Shown here piece by piece: positions 51,499 through 64,000 of a stretch of 64,000 bases of DNA. How positions within the stretch are numbered: position 1 is the first letter of the stretch; every line of letters starts with the position of its first letter. The stretch covers positions 59,954,001 to 60,018,000 of the forward strand of contig OZ024742.1 in assembly GCA_964016885.1 (NCBI GenBank), written 5' to 3'. Source of the stretch: Eledone cirrhosa (lineage: Eukaryota). The notes under the pieces were generated by a model. The model did not search any database, had not been told where the DNA came from, and saw only the letters and a program-made list of their open reading frames with translations. A program made the position numbers and the translations under genes.

Positions 51499-54036
51499 TT
51501 AATTAGGTTTATAATATTTAAAGGTTTTTCTCAGTTTATGATTACACGATATTATTAATTCCTGTCGCTTATTTAATAGGATATCCTTAGATTTCATTAT
51601 TTCAAAAAGTTCTTGGGAACACAATCTACATTCATATCTATTATTTTGATAAGGGGTGGCCCTTTTGAGCACACTCCAGGTCAGGTCATAATCTATATTC
51701 CTATTTCTATAATTATTAATTATTTCAGCTAAAGATGTTGTATTATCTAATGCGGCATTTTAAAAACTGTGTTTGTGGGTATTAAATCTTACTTTAAATT
51801 GGTTAGAGGTAGCTCCTATATATGAATAAATTGAGTCCTTAGTGTTAACTTTACATTTATATACTATGTTATTAACAAGGCAATTTCCTTTTAATGGGCA
51901 ATTTGCTTTGTTTCTACAGTTACAACTTTTCGTGAATCCTGTATCAGAGGAGATATTGTGGTTAGTTTGATGTATTGGTGGTATACTCATGGTTTTTCTA
52001 CATTTATATGCACTATAGGCACTTATATTTTGTTTTATGTTTTTGGTTGTTGAGTAGGAGAATTTAACCGTTGATCTATTTAAAATTTGATGGTATTTGT
52101 GGTTTGGCGGGAAGTTCTTCTCTAGGATATTAAAAATTTTTTTAGGTATATTATCCTTAATTTGTAAATTAAAAGGAGCATTATACCAAGTAACTCGTCT
52201 ATTACGGTTTCGATGTTGTTTATTATTTTTATAGGATGTATCTTGATGTTTATTAAGAGAATTATTGTTAATGACTTCACCAACCACATTTTTTAGTTAG
52301 ATTCATTGATTTTGGTGTTTTAGCTTGTTTATTAGGAGTTTTATTATTAACATTTATTAGAGTAGTAGGATGAATAGTTTTTTGAGAGTTACTATATTGT
52401 ATATTAGAAGAGTTAGAGAAATTTGGTTTTATGTTGGTATTTTTGGGTATAGTGTGAGTGGCATTTAGGTGTGTATGTTTCATTTGGTGTTTGTTGGTAA
52501 TATTAGGTTGTATGTTGTAGTGTTATTGGTACAAGGTATATATACTAATTTATTTTTATGGCCACTTATAGCTAAAGCTTCGTTATAAAAGGTCGCATTT
52601 TTATCAAATACATCCTGGTTAGACGAAAGGTTAGAAATACGGAGTGAGATATTATATGCTAGGTTTTTAAGGATAGATTTAGGGTGATTAGATTGTGAGT
52701 GTATGTAATGTAAGTTTTGGTTAGGTTTATGGTAAGGTTGGTAGATACCCGTAGACAAGTCTAATGTTATATCAAGGAAATTAACTATTTTACTTGTGTT
52801 TTCAAATGTAATATCTAGACTATAATAGTCTTTGAGGAAAGTTCTAATAAGCTTTTTATTTTTTTCAATCTCTGAAAGGCTAAGGTTATTGGAAAGAAGA
52901 AGACAGTCGTCACGATATAAACCACCTTTAAGGTGGGGACATGAAGCATTTATGTTAAAAAGAAGAAAGAGGCCCACAAGATCAGTAATTTGGGCTGAAT
53001 CACTTGAGCCCATAGTAATGTCGAATAGATTACTATATGTGTTTCTGGTCCAGTATTCATTTTGAAATGCCAGTAGTGTTTGTCTAGCATGTGTAATAAT
53101 ATTAATGTCATCCAAAGTTAAGTTAGATCTATTTTTAGAAAATATCAAGGCTTTGTTCAGGAGTATAGGTGATATAGAGGAATAATAATTATGTATATCA
53201 AATTGTAGAAATGAAGCAGAAGATTTATTTCTAATATTATTAAACCAGTTAATTACCTGGGATGTGTTTTCCCAGAGTGGTAAATTAACATGTTTTCTTA
53301 GTTGTGGGATGACTCTATCTAAAAATCTTTTACTAATGATTCCAATATCAGATTTGGAAGGGCATATAAGCCTTATAGAAGGATTAGAGTTAAAGTTAGA
53401 TTTATGATCTTTCAGGTTGAAATGTGGTCTTTTCAGTACCAAAGGTTCAGTTCTATCTTCAATATTAAGTCTATTTACTATGTTGCGTGTTTTGTTGTTG
53501 ATGTTGGTAAGTGACGCATTGTTTGTTTTTTTATAATTTTTCCTGAGTTCTTTATATATGAACTCATTGTAATTATCAATATCCGTGTGATACAGATTTC
53601 CAGTTTTGTCAGAGTGGACATGGATTTTGTTAGATTTTTTTAGATCCAATAGGGTAGAATCAAGATCCTTTTGAAAATTAGATTTATACTTCTTAAATTT
53701 GAGGTGTTTGATTAAGTTAAAAAGGTCCTTCGCAAAGTTTTCAAGTAAGGAGTTGTGTGGTGGATTTTTATATGTAGTGAAATCATATAAATATTTCTTA
53801 TCAGTACATTTTGTTTTTTTATCGAAGTGGTAGGCCCTCCATCTGACCCTTTTGATAAATTGGTTGGTTTTTTGCATCATAAGAAGTAAGAAATCATCCT
53901 TAGAAGGTAATGGTATATTCTTTAAAGAAGTTCCCAAGTATTGTTTTTCCATTGTGATATGGATAATGGACAAGAAAAACTCTGTTTTCCTGTATTTTTC
54001 ATCGAACAAAATTTTTAATACATCATCTCTTTTCAT
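51499..54036 (-). pseudogene. Penelope-like (Naiad-type) RT + GIY-YIG polyprotein with two compensating frameshifts and one in-frame stop
   Basis: 518-aa ORF with SLKNIP, DKTGN, LKDHK, RLICP, FDI..YYSSI, MGSSDSA, LYRDD, FLDI and SNHP. Downstream in the same frame: WYNAPF, CNCRNKANC (CxCx5C), IVY..YIG, R...H. After a TAA at 51760-51762 the frame continues to CRLC..E..LNKRQE..C.H, ending at 51499. Confidence 0.92.
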
Positions 54037-54102
54037 GATATTCGGATTACATTGAGTTCTTCATACGGATTGGCCACTACCGTACATTTTCGTAGATTTA
54101 TC

Positions 54103-54162
<60 letters not shown>

Positions 54163-55838
54163 GGTGTGTGTGGGTGTGTGTGTGTATTGGCAGTTGCACG
54201 AAGACAACGCTGTGCATAATAAGGATTTATATGAAAACATATGTTTGGAAAATCAGTTTAGGCGACAATGTGGTAAATTCATTAGGACGTTATATAGTAT
54301 GCCTCGAGTTAGTCGTTCCGGTTTTCTGTCACGTATAATTTTAGTAATTGTTGGCTGCTACATGTGGTGGAGCTGGTGGATTGTCGCCTAGCCTGCCATG
54401 GTGGTTTTTCTTCCGGCTCTTTAGATTCTGAGTTCAAATCCCACTGCTATGAAGGCTGTTTTCATCCTTTTGCGGCCGATAATACAAAGTAATAGCCACG
54501 TTCTTGGATTTATGCAATCAACTTTGAACTACCTCAAATTTTCTGGTCGTCTGCCTAAATTATGAATTTATGGCTGCTATTTCTAGCAGTCCGAATTACC
54601 GTATAGAGAAACCGTCGTTGGTTTGATCATCCTGTGATATATTATGTTAATCTAATTTTCTCCACTGCTCAATATTCTATCGAATCTTGGTTTACTTATA
54701 CATGAACTGTGGGCGTGTTGTTTAGCTCAATATACGTTTATAGAAGCGACAAAATATGTAATATTTCCCTAAATAATAACAATAATAATTATAACTATTA
54801 ACTACTGTGAGGATATGGAATAGAATCATTTTCGTCGATTTGATCAACCGTTTGCCTGACAGTAAATCCACATTTTTTTAAAAATGTAAATATATAGTAT
54901 GTAAATATTTGTCTATTTTACATTATCTAATAAAAGTGTTCTGGAGTTTGTGTGATAGTCGATTAGCTGATTTCTAAAGACAATTAACCATAAACACGGT
55001 AACAAGGAAATGAACCCCGAATTATTAGCAGTGTCAGTCGCCATTTCGTCCCTTTTCGGCTCTTTGTCAAATCTCATTGATGTCTTGAATGCGTTTTAAT
55101 TGCCGTAACATTCTCCTCGCCCCCAAACTTTCTAATAATAACGTCTCCACATTCGTTTACATTTACACAGCATTCTAGATTCCCTAATCATTCTATGCCC
55201 AGAAAGCCAATCACATTATTACATGATTACAATCCTGTCCTTCTCTCTTCAATGTCGCCATTATTTCATTGAACTTGTTTATATTTATTTTTACCTTTCC
55301 AAAATGTTATGCCATAAAATTGGCTATCCTGTTTTTCAAACTAATATTATCCCACCATGATTAACCTCTGAAGCCATATTATAGCGTCTATAATGGGATC
55401 AAATGGATGTAACATTCCTTTCCTGGCAACCAATCGGGGATTAATACTACATTTCTATTTATTTATTTATTTATCTATTTATTTTTTTATTTATTATCTG
55501 TTTGACGAAGTTTCATTGGTTATATTAAAACTCCGATGTTAGCAGATTCCGAAATGCCAATAAATAAAGGCTATTATATCACGTTGTTTTTTTATTTCTA
55601 CTGCACAGGAAAAGGTATCCGATCACTACATCATTCGGGATTAATCTAATATATAGAGTTTTGTTGTTGATAATTTTAAAACTTACATTTTGTGATTATG
55701 GATTTACAGATTAAAAGCAAAACAAGGAAATAACATAATTTATTGTGATTCAAGTAAATAAATTCATCTCCAGTAAGTCCGGCAAATAGAGTATGACATT
55801 CTCGTTATATCTAGCGAATGGATAAGTATTCTATCAAC

Positions 55839-55869
<31 letters not shown>

Positions 55870-55956
55870 CTTCTTGCAATAATACCATCTAGTGATATCG
55901 AAAATTGTCTTTTACTTTTGAGCATAAGTCCAAACATACATATATGCATTCATAGA

Positions 55957-56167
55957 CAGGGTGTTTCAAAAAATTTAATATCATTTGAGATGTAAATATC
56001 CCAGAAACTACAAGGTCTAGGACAACGAGACTAAGCAGGCTCCATGTTGAGTAACACAAGATTTATTCCTCAAAACATGTCCACGTTATAACATTAATTC
56101 ACAATATATATTTCAATGTGACTACCTTGGGAACAGACCATTGATATCAAATGTTTTAAAAACCCTG
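55957..56167. mobile_element. Tc1/mariner-type MITE
   Basis: Imperfect ~25-bp TIRs CAGGGTGTTTCAAAAAATTTAATATC / GATATCAAATGTTTTAAAAACCCTG; TA on the right. Confidence 0.75.
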
Positions 56168-56244
56168 TATATACACACACACATACACACACATATATAT
56201 ATATGGATGTATATATGTATGTTTGTATAGGTATACATACACAC

Positions 56245-56303
<59 letters not shown>

Positions 56304-56735
56304 TATAGATATAGATATATATATTCCCCAAAATGGCCGATTGAAGACAACATCCAAAAGGGTTTTTCAGTTTCTCCCTCTTCGTACTCTCTCTTATCTA
56401 TTTTTTTATTCTTTCCTCATTCTATGTTCTTTTTCTACTATATCAAGTATTAAACTAATATATGTTTTCTTTGTACTGTATTGATTGCTTTGTTTATTTT
56501 TCGCATATATACAGACACACGCACACAGATAAATACATGTATGCACAAACATTGACACACATACAGATACATACACACATGCACACAAATATGTGTGTGT
56601 ATATATATTTACGTATATCAGTGTGCATTTTTACGCTTATACAAATAAGTATAAACATACATAGAAACACAGACATGCATGTACACATATGCACTTATAG
56701 ACTAATATAAATACACACACACACCCACATATATA

Positions 56736-56815
<80 letters not shown>

Positions 56816-56837
56816 ATACCCATATATATTATACGTA

Positions 56838-57018
56838 TTGGCAGTATCGGTAGAGGGTCAGACGCCATGCTTTGCAGCAAAGAGTTACGGCCCTTTATGG
56901 TCTGAGTTCAAATCCCACCGCGGTTAACTTTGCCTTTCATCCTTACGGGGTCGATAAAATAAAGTACCAGTGATACACTGGAATAATTGCTGGCCTTGTG
57001 TCAAAGGTAGAAACAATT
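56838..57018 (+). mobile_element. SINE family A
   Basis: TGGCAGTATCGG A-box region, GAGTTCAAATCC B-box, shared central domain. Confidence 0.85.
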
Positions 57019-59094
57019 ATATTTTGAAGACATTCTTGTAACGGAATTCTGGGCGTCTTAATTGACGGCTTCATTAAAATGTAAAACATTGGAGTTCCTT
57101 GATAATCCATACGGATTACGTGTCCAACCTAGCTTAGTTACTATTCCAGCAGGACGGACACAAGACTAAGCATATTGGCGCGCTGCAGAACCACATGGTT
57201 TGAGATGTGGTCTAGCCAGAAAATAGTTATTTCAGATCGTAGATGTCGGAACAGGCAGGTTACAATCTTTTTAATGATTTGCCAATTGAGTGTGGAAGTC
57301 TAAGCAGCGTACAACTCACAGGTTAACATTACATCTCGTTACACTTGGTATTTTGCTGATAGTTCTATGTCACTTTGTTTCCATAGACGTTCATTGAGCT
57401 TTCCATAAATCGACCACAGCCGCCTAGATGCGGTAATGCACTTCTGGATCCAAGCTGTTTTAATCAGCAAATATCATGCGTACCTAAGTGAATGTCTTCA
57501 CTCTAATCTGTTCACTAACCTGACAAAAATACGTGAAATTGTAATTCAATTAAAAAGGTTTCTGCCGCGCTGAATCACCATGAGAATTCCGTTACGGGTA
57601 CTCGAGTCTGTGAAATATTGAACCACTTGCACGTTAATATTACGGGCATGTTGTTCCGGTAATCAAAGAACTGGAACATTTGTCGGAACTGACGCAGATC
57701 TAACAAACAAATCAATAAATAACTACTTTGATTTAATCATGTATCCTGAATTTTCATCAGTTTTACTTATTCTTTTCCCTTGTTTACTCTTTTATCATCT
57801 CAAAAAGTAGTATTTTGTACAACAGCATTTATTGCGTAACATTAATTTAACATTAACAGCAATATAATGAAACCAAAGTAAATATGTTCCCAAATTTTTC
57901 TATGGAATTTTCTCAATATTACATAGCCAACATTTGTAATCGTGCATGTGATATTGGATCTCCATCGATTTCAACGACGTGTGTTCCAGTTGCTTCGATA
58001 AATGCTACACTTATCTCGTGAAATAAACTAAAGCTGACATTAAGAATGAAGTCCTGCTGGGCAAAATCTTTCAATGCTTTTAGTTCATTATATTACCCCT
58101 TATTCTATAATTGTTTACTTATTTGATTGGGTTACCGATTCTGTAAATGGAAGTTATTCAGGCAGTAATGAATAGGATGCGATAACTTGAATATAAGCAT
58201 AAATTTCATTCGTCCATCTGGCACCACGTAAGCGCAGAGTCACAAAATCACAAACACAGACTAAATGTGTAAGGACTTGTCTGCTTAGAATGCAGGAGTC
58301 AAGCGAGGAAGCAATTGTACGTGTTTTAGCTTGTTTCACCGCGACACTAGAGCTATCCGGGTCCATTTGATTTCTCTTATTCTTGAAATCGCATTCTATT
58401 ACTCAGCATCTCATTCACTCTTTACTTCTATATATCCCTCTCCAATTCTCGCTTTTCATAGCTGCAGCACCTCCTCTAGATTTTCAACATTTTGTTTCAC
58501 AGTGAGACATTATTTAAACATGTATCTTTATTTTAAGATGTACGCATACATATCTGAACACGCACCACCTACATATATAAATAGTGTGTAGATAGTGTTA
58601 TAAGCATACATGCAAATTTATAAGCTTTTTTTATGGGGGTTGGGTGTTCTTGTGGATGTATGTATTTTCTCTACGTATTTTTGTGTAACGCTTGTGTAAT
58701 GCCAGTTTTAAATGTACTCCGGTGTTTGTGCTATTAATTCTTCTATTCTGATTAGCGATCTTTGATGAGATATATTCATGAGATATATTCATTGTTGCTC
58801 ATTTTGTATGATAAAACCAGTTTTAATGAGAATATAATGTGGAGAGTGTTCATGATGGTTTTCAGGTTTCTCCTCATCAGTGAGTCGTGCCACTTAATAT
58901 ACGGCGGAGAACTAGTGATAATACCAGCTTGCTTTTGTTATTATGGTATTTTGGACTTCATTGACATTACACAACTATGAAGTTGAATTTCGACGTGTGG
59001 GCTGGTGTATCAATTATTTTAGTCATTCATATTATTCATGAGAACAACATAAGCACACCTATTCTCTATCATTTTAATTATGATATATTTATAT

Positions 59095-59148
<54 letters not shown>

Positions 59149-59605
59149 GCTGCAGATCTACACTTGACATTTAAAGGAAGCACGTCAGTACACCCACATT
59201 TACATCAACTTATTACATACAAAGCTTCTTGGTAAGAGATATGAACAAGCAAAACAGTTGCCGTCTGATGCTCTAGGAATTTTCAAATGTAAAGTACGTC
59301 TGTTTCATCTCCGAAGAATTATGTATTAGATACGAAGCAGCAGCTGTTATTGATCAACAGGTGAATGAATGCTTCTATTGAATACTTGTAGTATGTTTAG
59401 TGAATCTTCTTTTCTTTTTTCATCTTTTAATTATTGTTTCATATAAAGAAAGAAAGAAACGAAAGGAAGAGAGATACCAAAATAGAGATATTGTTTTAAT
59501 GAAAGATGAAATAACTTTCGAATCTCAAGGACCGTACATTTATTTCCAGATCGCCTACATGTGAGGGTGTGTTGAATTGTGTGTATATATGTATGTCTTA
59601 TTGTG

Positions 59606-59607
<2 letters not shown>

Positions 59608-59694
<87 letters not shown>

Positions 59695-59769
59695 ATGATA
59701 TGCGTGTAGCATCGTATATATATATATATATACAGAGAGAGAGAGAGAGATGATATGCGTGTAACAACG

Positions 59770-59803
<34 letters not shown>

Positions 59804-59821
59804 CGATATGCGTGTAACATC

Positions 59822-59870
<49 letters not shown>

Positions 59871-59890
59871 TAATATGCGTGTAGCATCGT
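59608..59890. repeat. Four-copy ~60-bp tandem of (TA)n(GA)n + ATATGCGTGTARCAWCGT
   Basis: Core recurs at about 59698, 59753, 59806 and 59874. Confidence 0.85.
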
Positions 59891-60271
59891 TACAAGCAAC
59901 GCGTCGATTTAAGCATTCAATACTGTTAGGAGATGCTGTCTCGCATAGGGTATATATATCAGTGAACTCCAAGGTTAAGATGATTGTAAGATGCAAGGTG
60001 TGGCATGTATGGAACAGTATAGTTTCTATATTGGGCTCAAGACCAACTATTTGAAGGGAAGGGAAATTTGATTTTATCGAGCCCAGTGCATTACTGGTGC
60101 TTTATTTCATTAACCCCATAATGTTAAAAGGCAAAACTAACCTCGGGATAATTTGAACTCGGGACGTAAAAGGCTGAAACTATATGCTGTAAAGCTTGTT
60201 GTCCAGTGCCTTACTGGTACAGCCAATTCACTTCCTTGCATATACACATAATAATAATTTATTCTACTTCA

Positions 60272-60569
60272 TCGATAAGCACGCCAGGCTGAGCAGGCCA
60301 AACTCTCCAAGTACCGGTCACTCTCCGACAGGTTTGCGGTCGTGCCCTTGGCATTGGAGACTTCTGGTGTCCTTGGCCCTAAGGCTAGCTCCCTATTCAC
60401 CACCATAGGTGCTGAGCTGGCCAGCCGCATGTGTGAACCTCGCGAGTTGGAATGGCTCTTCCAGTGCATCTCCCTTACCATTCTCCGGGGAAATGCCTTC
60501 TCCATCCTGTCTGCCGGGGCTGTGGGGAGGCCAGCACGTGGGACCCCATTTGCTCACCTTGCGGATTAA
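60272..60569 (+). pseudogene. CRE-clade-like LINE 3' fragment (restriction-like endonuclease C-terminus)
   Basis: AEQAKLSKY..L...F.VVPLALETSGVLG..A..LF......LFQCISLTILRGNAFSIL pattern. Confidence 0.7.
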
Positions 60570-60759
60570 TAGGCAAAGTTATAAACTATTGTAAATAAAA
60601 AAAGCGTTGAAAATAATTGTTTCTTCTTTCGGCACAAGGCCAGCAATTACCCAGTGCATTACTGGTACTTTATTTTATCGACCCGTAAGGATGAAAAGCA
60701 AAGTTAACCTCGACGGGAGGTTCGCGTGAAAAGGGAGTTTTATATGTGTCACCGAATAT

Positions 60760-61260
60760 GGCGTGTTAAACGCTTGATATTAAATTAGAAACACAAATTA
60801 TCAGTACGAGTGAAAATGGAAGTAACGTGTTGGTTGTGCGATGTTCAGAGAGCAGAGACGTCACAGCTGCTTCCTCACATTCACAAATAGGATCAGTCAG
60901 AATGTGAGGCACCCATTGGTCCTGATTAGACACCTTCCCTTTTGCATGCAAATGATTGAAGATGGTTCTTGCCGATGCCACAAGCAATTCGGATAGTCAA
61001 GGTGATGTCTGCTGGGGTTCGACTGCCATCAGCTCATTCATTTGCTCATCATTCAATTTGGATGGACGTCATGTAATTATCGAAACGGAAGCGTGAGACC
61101 CACCCCTAGCACTACCTTCAGACATGTTGTTTGATTCAAATGCATTTTAATGTGATGTCTGCGTGTTGCTACACTTAATATAGTGTCATTTGAAATCATA
61201 AAGTTGATAATAGCCACGAATAAATAATTTGGATAGATCCATGTTGTTTCTCCTTTGACG
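60760..61260 (-). pseudogene. Mariner transposase remnant
   Basis: RTIFNHLHAKGKV....QWVPHILT (WVPHEL motif). Confidence 0.7.
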
Positions 61261-62295
61261 GCGTGATAGAAAATTAGAAAGAAACATAGATCCTACCGAC
61301 ATCACATATATATGTGCGCATTCACAACCGTCAACCTTTCCAGAAAATTCCCCCCTTTTTCTGTCATACTTTTAACACACACACACCGACCACCTTCATT
61401 CTGTCCACCCTTCTTAACCTTTTAGAGACCCTGAACACTTCTTCCTTTTTTAACCTTTAACTTTAACTTTATCTACAACCAATAACACTCACACATGCAC
61501 TTTATTCACATATTCTTTGTCATACCCTCTCACTACTCTCATCCCTTTTTCTTTCTACTATTAGTTATACTCTTTCTACATACACCCTTATATTTCATTA
61601 TTTTATTTACGGGAACCCTATTTCTATCTTTCAGATATTATATTCATAGATATGTATGAATATATATTTATATATGTATACACTTTTGTATGTATTTATT
61701 TATTTATGCGTGTGTATTCTTGCATATGTTGTATAGTTATATGTATGTGTGTATGTTTCTACATGTCTATGTATGCGTATGTATATGTTCTGCATGTACG
61801 TATATTTACATATATTTTCTTTTTCTCTCCCCACCCCCTTCTTTCATAATTGCATATGTATGTGTATTTGTATATATTTCCATATTTTTTCCTTTTTATT
61901 CTCCCCCCTTTCTTCATAATTGCATATGTATGTGTGTTTGTATATTTATTTTTGCATGTGTGTCCGTATGTATGTACGAATATATTATTTTTATATATTC
62001 ACATTTGTCTGTACGCATGTATATGTGTGTGTATATATGAGTGTATATATGGAAGTTTAGTAAAACCTGTATATATGTACACACATATATTATATGTATA
62101 TATATATTTTTATGTGTGTTTGTGTGTGTATGTAAGTACGTGCGTATATATATGTGTTTATATATAATTTTATACGTGAGTATATTTATCTATATTTACT
62201 TCCTTGTCCGTATTCCTATACACGCATAAATTTGCACAGAACATTTTGTTTGCATTTTATAAATGCGTTTATATGATATCTATATCCGGTTAGTA

Positions 62296-62485
62296 GGGCG
62301 GTGAATTGGCAGTATCGGTAGAGGGTCGGACGCCATGCTTTGACACATAGAGTTACGGCCCTTGCCATTCTGAGTTCAAATCCCGCCGAGGTTAACTTTG
62401 CCTTTCATCCTTACGGGGTCGATAAAATAAAGTACCAGTAATGCACTGAGTAATTGCTGGCCTTGTGTCAAAAGGTAGATACAAT
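62296..62485 (+). mobile_element. SINE family A, full length
   Basis: GGGCGGTGAATTGGCAGTATCGG...GAGTTCAAATCC...GTACCAG...GCTGGCCTTGTG. Confidence 0.88.
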
Positions 62486-62877
62486 TATATCTATATACGG
62501 TTCATATATTTTTATTGTATGTGTGTGTGTTTATATATTGTGTGTATGCATGTGTTTGTGTATGTCTGTATATGTGTGAGTATGTGTATCTTTGTACGTA
62601 TGTACATATATGTATATGCGTGTGTGTATATATACGCGTGTATGCGCGTGTGTATAAATTTATATATACATATGTGTGTGTATGTTTGTATGTATGTCTA
62701 TGTACGTGTGTATGTACATATATAAATGGATGCATATGTATGTGCATGTATAAATGGATGCATATATGTATATATATATAAATACATATATATGCAGAGG
62801 TTATATTTAATTTGTTGGCATTCAACAAGCTTAAACATTTTTATAACTGATATAAACAGTTTAGTGGAGTAAATATT

Positions 62878-63229
62878 CAATATATTAATAAATGGAAACT
62901 ATATTTATAAAACCATAATTATTTTATTATATATTTTTCAAGGGTAACCAAGGCAAATTATGGTGCGCTTTCATCAGATAAAATACGGATTTGTTTTATA
63001 AATAAATATTGACATACACGGAAAACAGACAACCTTAACGGTTGGAGCTATCCAGGAAGCTTCAACCGTTAAGGTTGTCTGTTTTCCGTGTATGTCAATA
63101 TTTATTTATAAAACAAATCCGTATTTTATCTGATGAAAGCGCACCATAATTTGCCTTGGTTACCCTTGAAAAATATATAATAAAATAATTATGGTTTTAT
63201 AAATATAGTTTCCATTTATTAATATATTG
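62878..63229. repeat. Near-perfect fold-back palindrome (~172-bp arms) carrying outward-facing HHRs
   Basis: 62878 pairs with 63229, centre about 63054; right end abuts (TA)n. Confidence 0.92.
63124..63185 (+). ncRNA. Type I hammerhead motif (mirror copy at 62922-62983, minus)
   Basis: TTTTAT-CTGATGA-AAGCGCACCA...TGGTTACCCTT-GAAA-AATATA-TA-ATAAAA; stem III has one substitution relative to TATATA. Confidence 0.6.
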
Positions 63230-63491
63230 TATATATATATATATATATGTATATATATGTGTGCATGTGTGCATACATATATATATATGTGCGTTTATGT
63301 ATATATGCATATATATATGTATGTATATATGTGTGTGTGTATGTGTATGTTATTGTGTGTTTATATATAAATATATATGCATATAAGTGTGTATGTTTTT
63401 GTTTATATATGTACGTGTGTGTGTGTATTCTTATGTATATACATGTATGTGTGCGTGTGTATTCTTATGTATATATATGTATATGTATATA

Positions 63492-63538
<47 letters not shown>

Positions 63539-63543
63539 TATGC

Positions 63544-63578
<35 letters not shown>

Positions 63579-63954
63579 CATATGTGTGCGTATGTTTGTA
63601 TGTCCTTGTACCTGTATATATATATGTTTATGGGTGTGTAGGTATATATACATATGTATGTATATGTGAGTATATGTTTATATGTGTGTGTTTGCGTCTG
63701 TTACCCCTCTTATGTAATTTTTTAATTTTTTTGTTTTTTGTTTTTTGTCCAACACTGTGTTTATAGTTAAACCTTAAGTTGTTTATTTTTATTATTATCT
63801 TTAAATTTTTTTGCCTGTCTGCCTATCTAGATACATACTGAATTGTGCTTATAGTTGTATTTATTTTAGGTGTGCGGAGGTATGTGATTGTATGTGTATA
63901 TATGTATATGTGTATATATATGTGTATTTATATACATGTGTGTGTGCGTGTGTG

Positions 63955-64000
<46 letters not shown>

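Larger units (their letters stand above)
50345..54106 (-). mobile_element. Near full-length Naiad-type Penelope-like retroelement flanked by (TA)n
   Basis: RT and GIY-YIG coding region, long 3' UTR with a ~235-bp tandem duplication (50512-50980), 3' HHR at 50400-50535, and (TA)n at both ends. Confidence 0.88.

Noticed and set aside
52277-52483. UGA read-through joining the RT and GIY-YIG ORFs
   Set aside because: Both TGA stops are followed within a few codons by TAA and lie in the low-complexity linker, not at conserved Cys positions; frameshifts explain the break.
57300-58350. Merlin/ISXO2-like transposase remnant (VVEID on the minus strand near 57965-57985)
   Set aside because: Only one short motif is visible and no TIRs were found; would need a translated HMM search.

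Overview
AT-rich, repeat-saturated animal DNA. The tRNA-derived SINEs and (TA)n/(CA)n density suggest a coleoid cephalopod such as Octopus (inference). No intact host gene is supported, and most ORFs in the track are microsatellite translations. The main feature is a 6.5 kb array (7914-14420) of about 13.9 near-identical 469-bp units. Each unit carries an intact type I hammerhead ribozyme (HHR) on a long extended stem I, which fits a non-LTR retrozyme / circular-RNA concatemer ending at a (TA)n tract. A second, 319-bp retrozyme-like family (42593-43298) has a U3-A8 covariant HHR core. The window also holds four Penelope-like elements (PLEs), at least two Naiad-type (RT + CxCx5C + GIY-YIG) and one nearly full length. 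Several non-coding PLE-end elements carry about ten further HHR motifs, which in five sequence families share a C-C mismatch at base pair 4 of stem II. Many fold-back inverted repeats (up to 1265-bp arms) are anchored at (TA)n. Also present: a Tigger/pogo element, mariner remnants, a MITE, RTE-, R4- and CRE-type LINE fragments and many SINEs. All structures were read by eye; nothing was folded or searched computationally.
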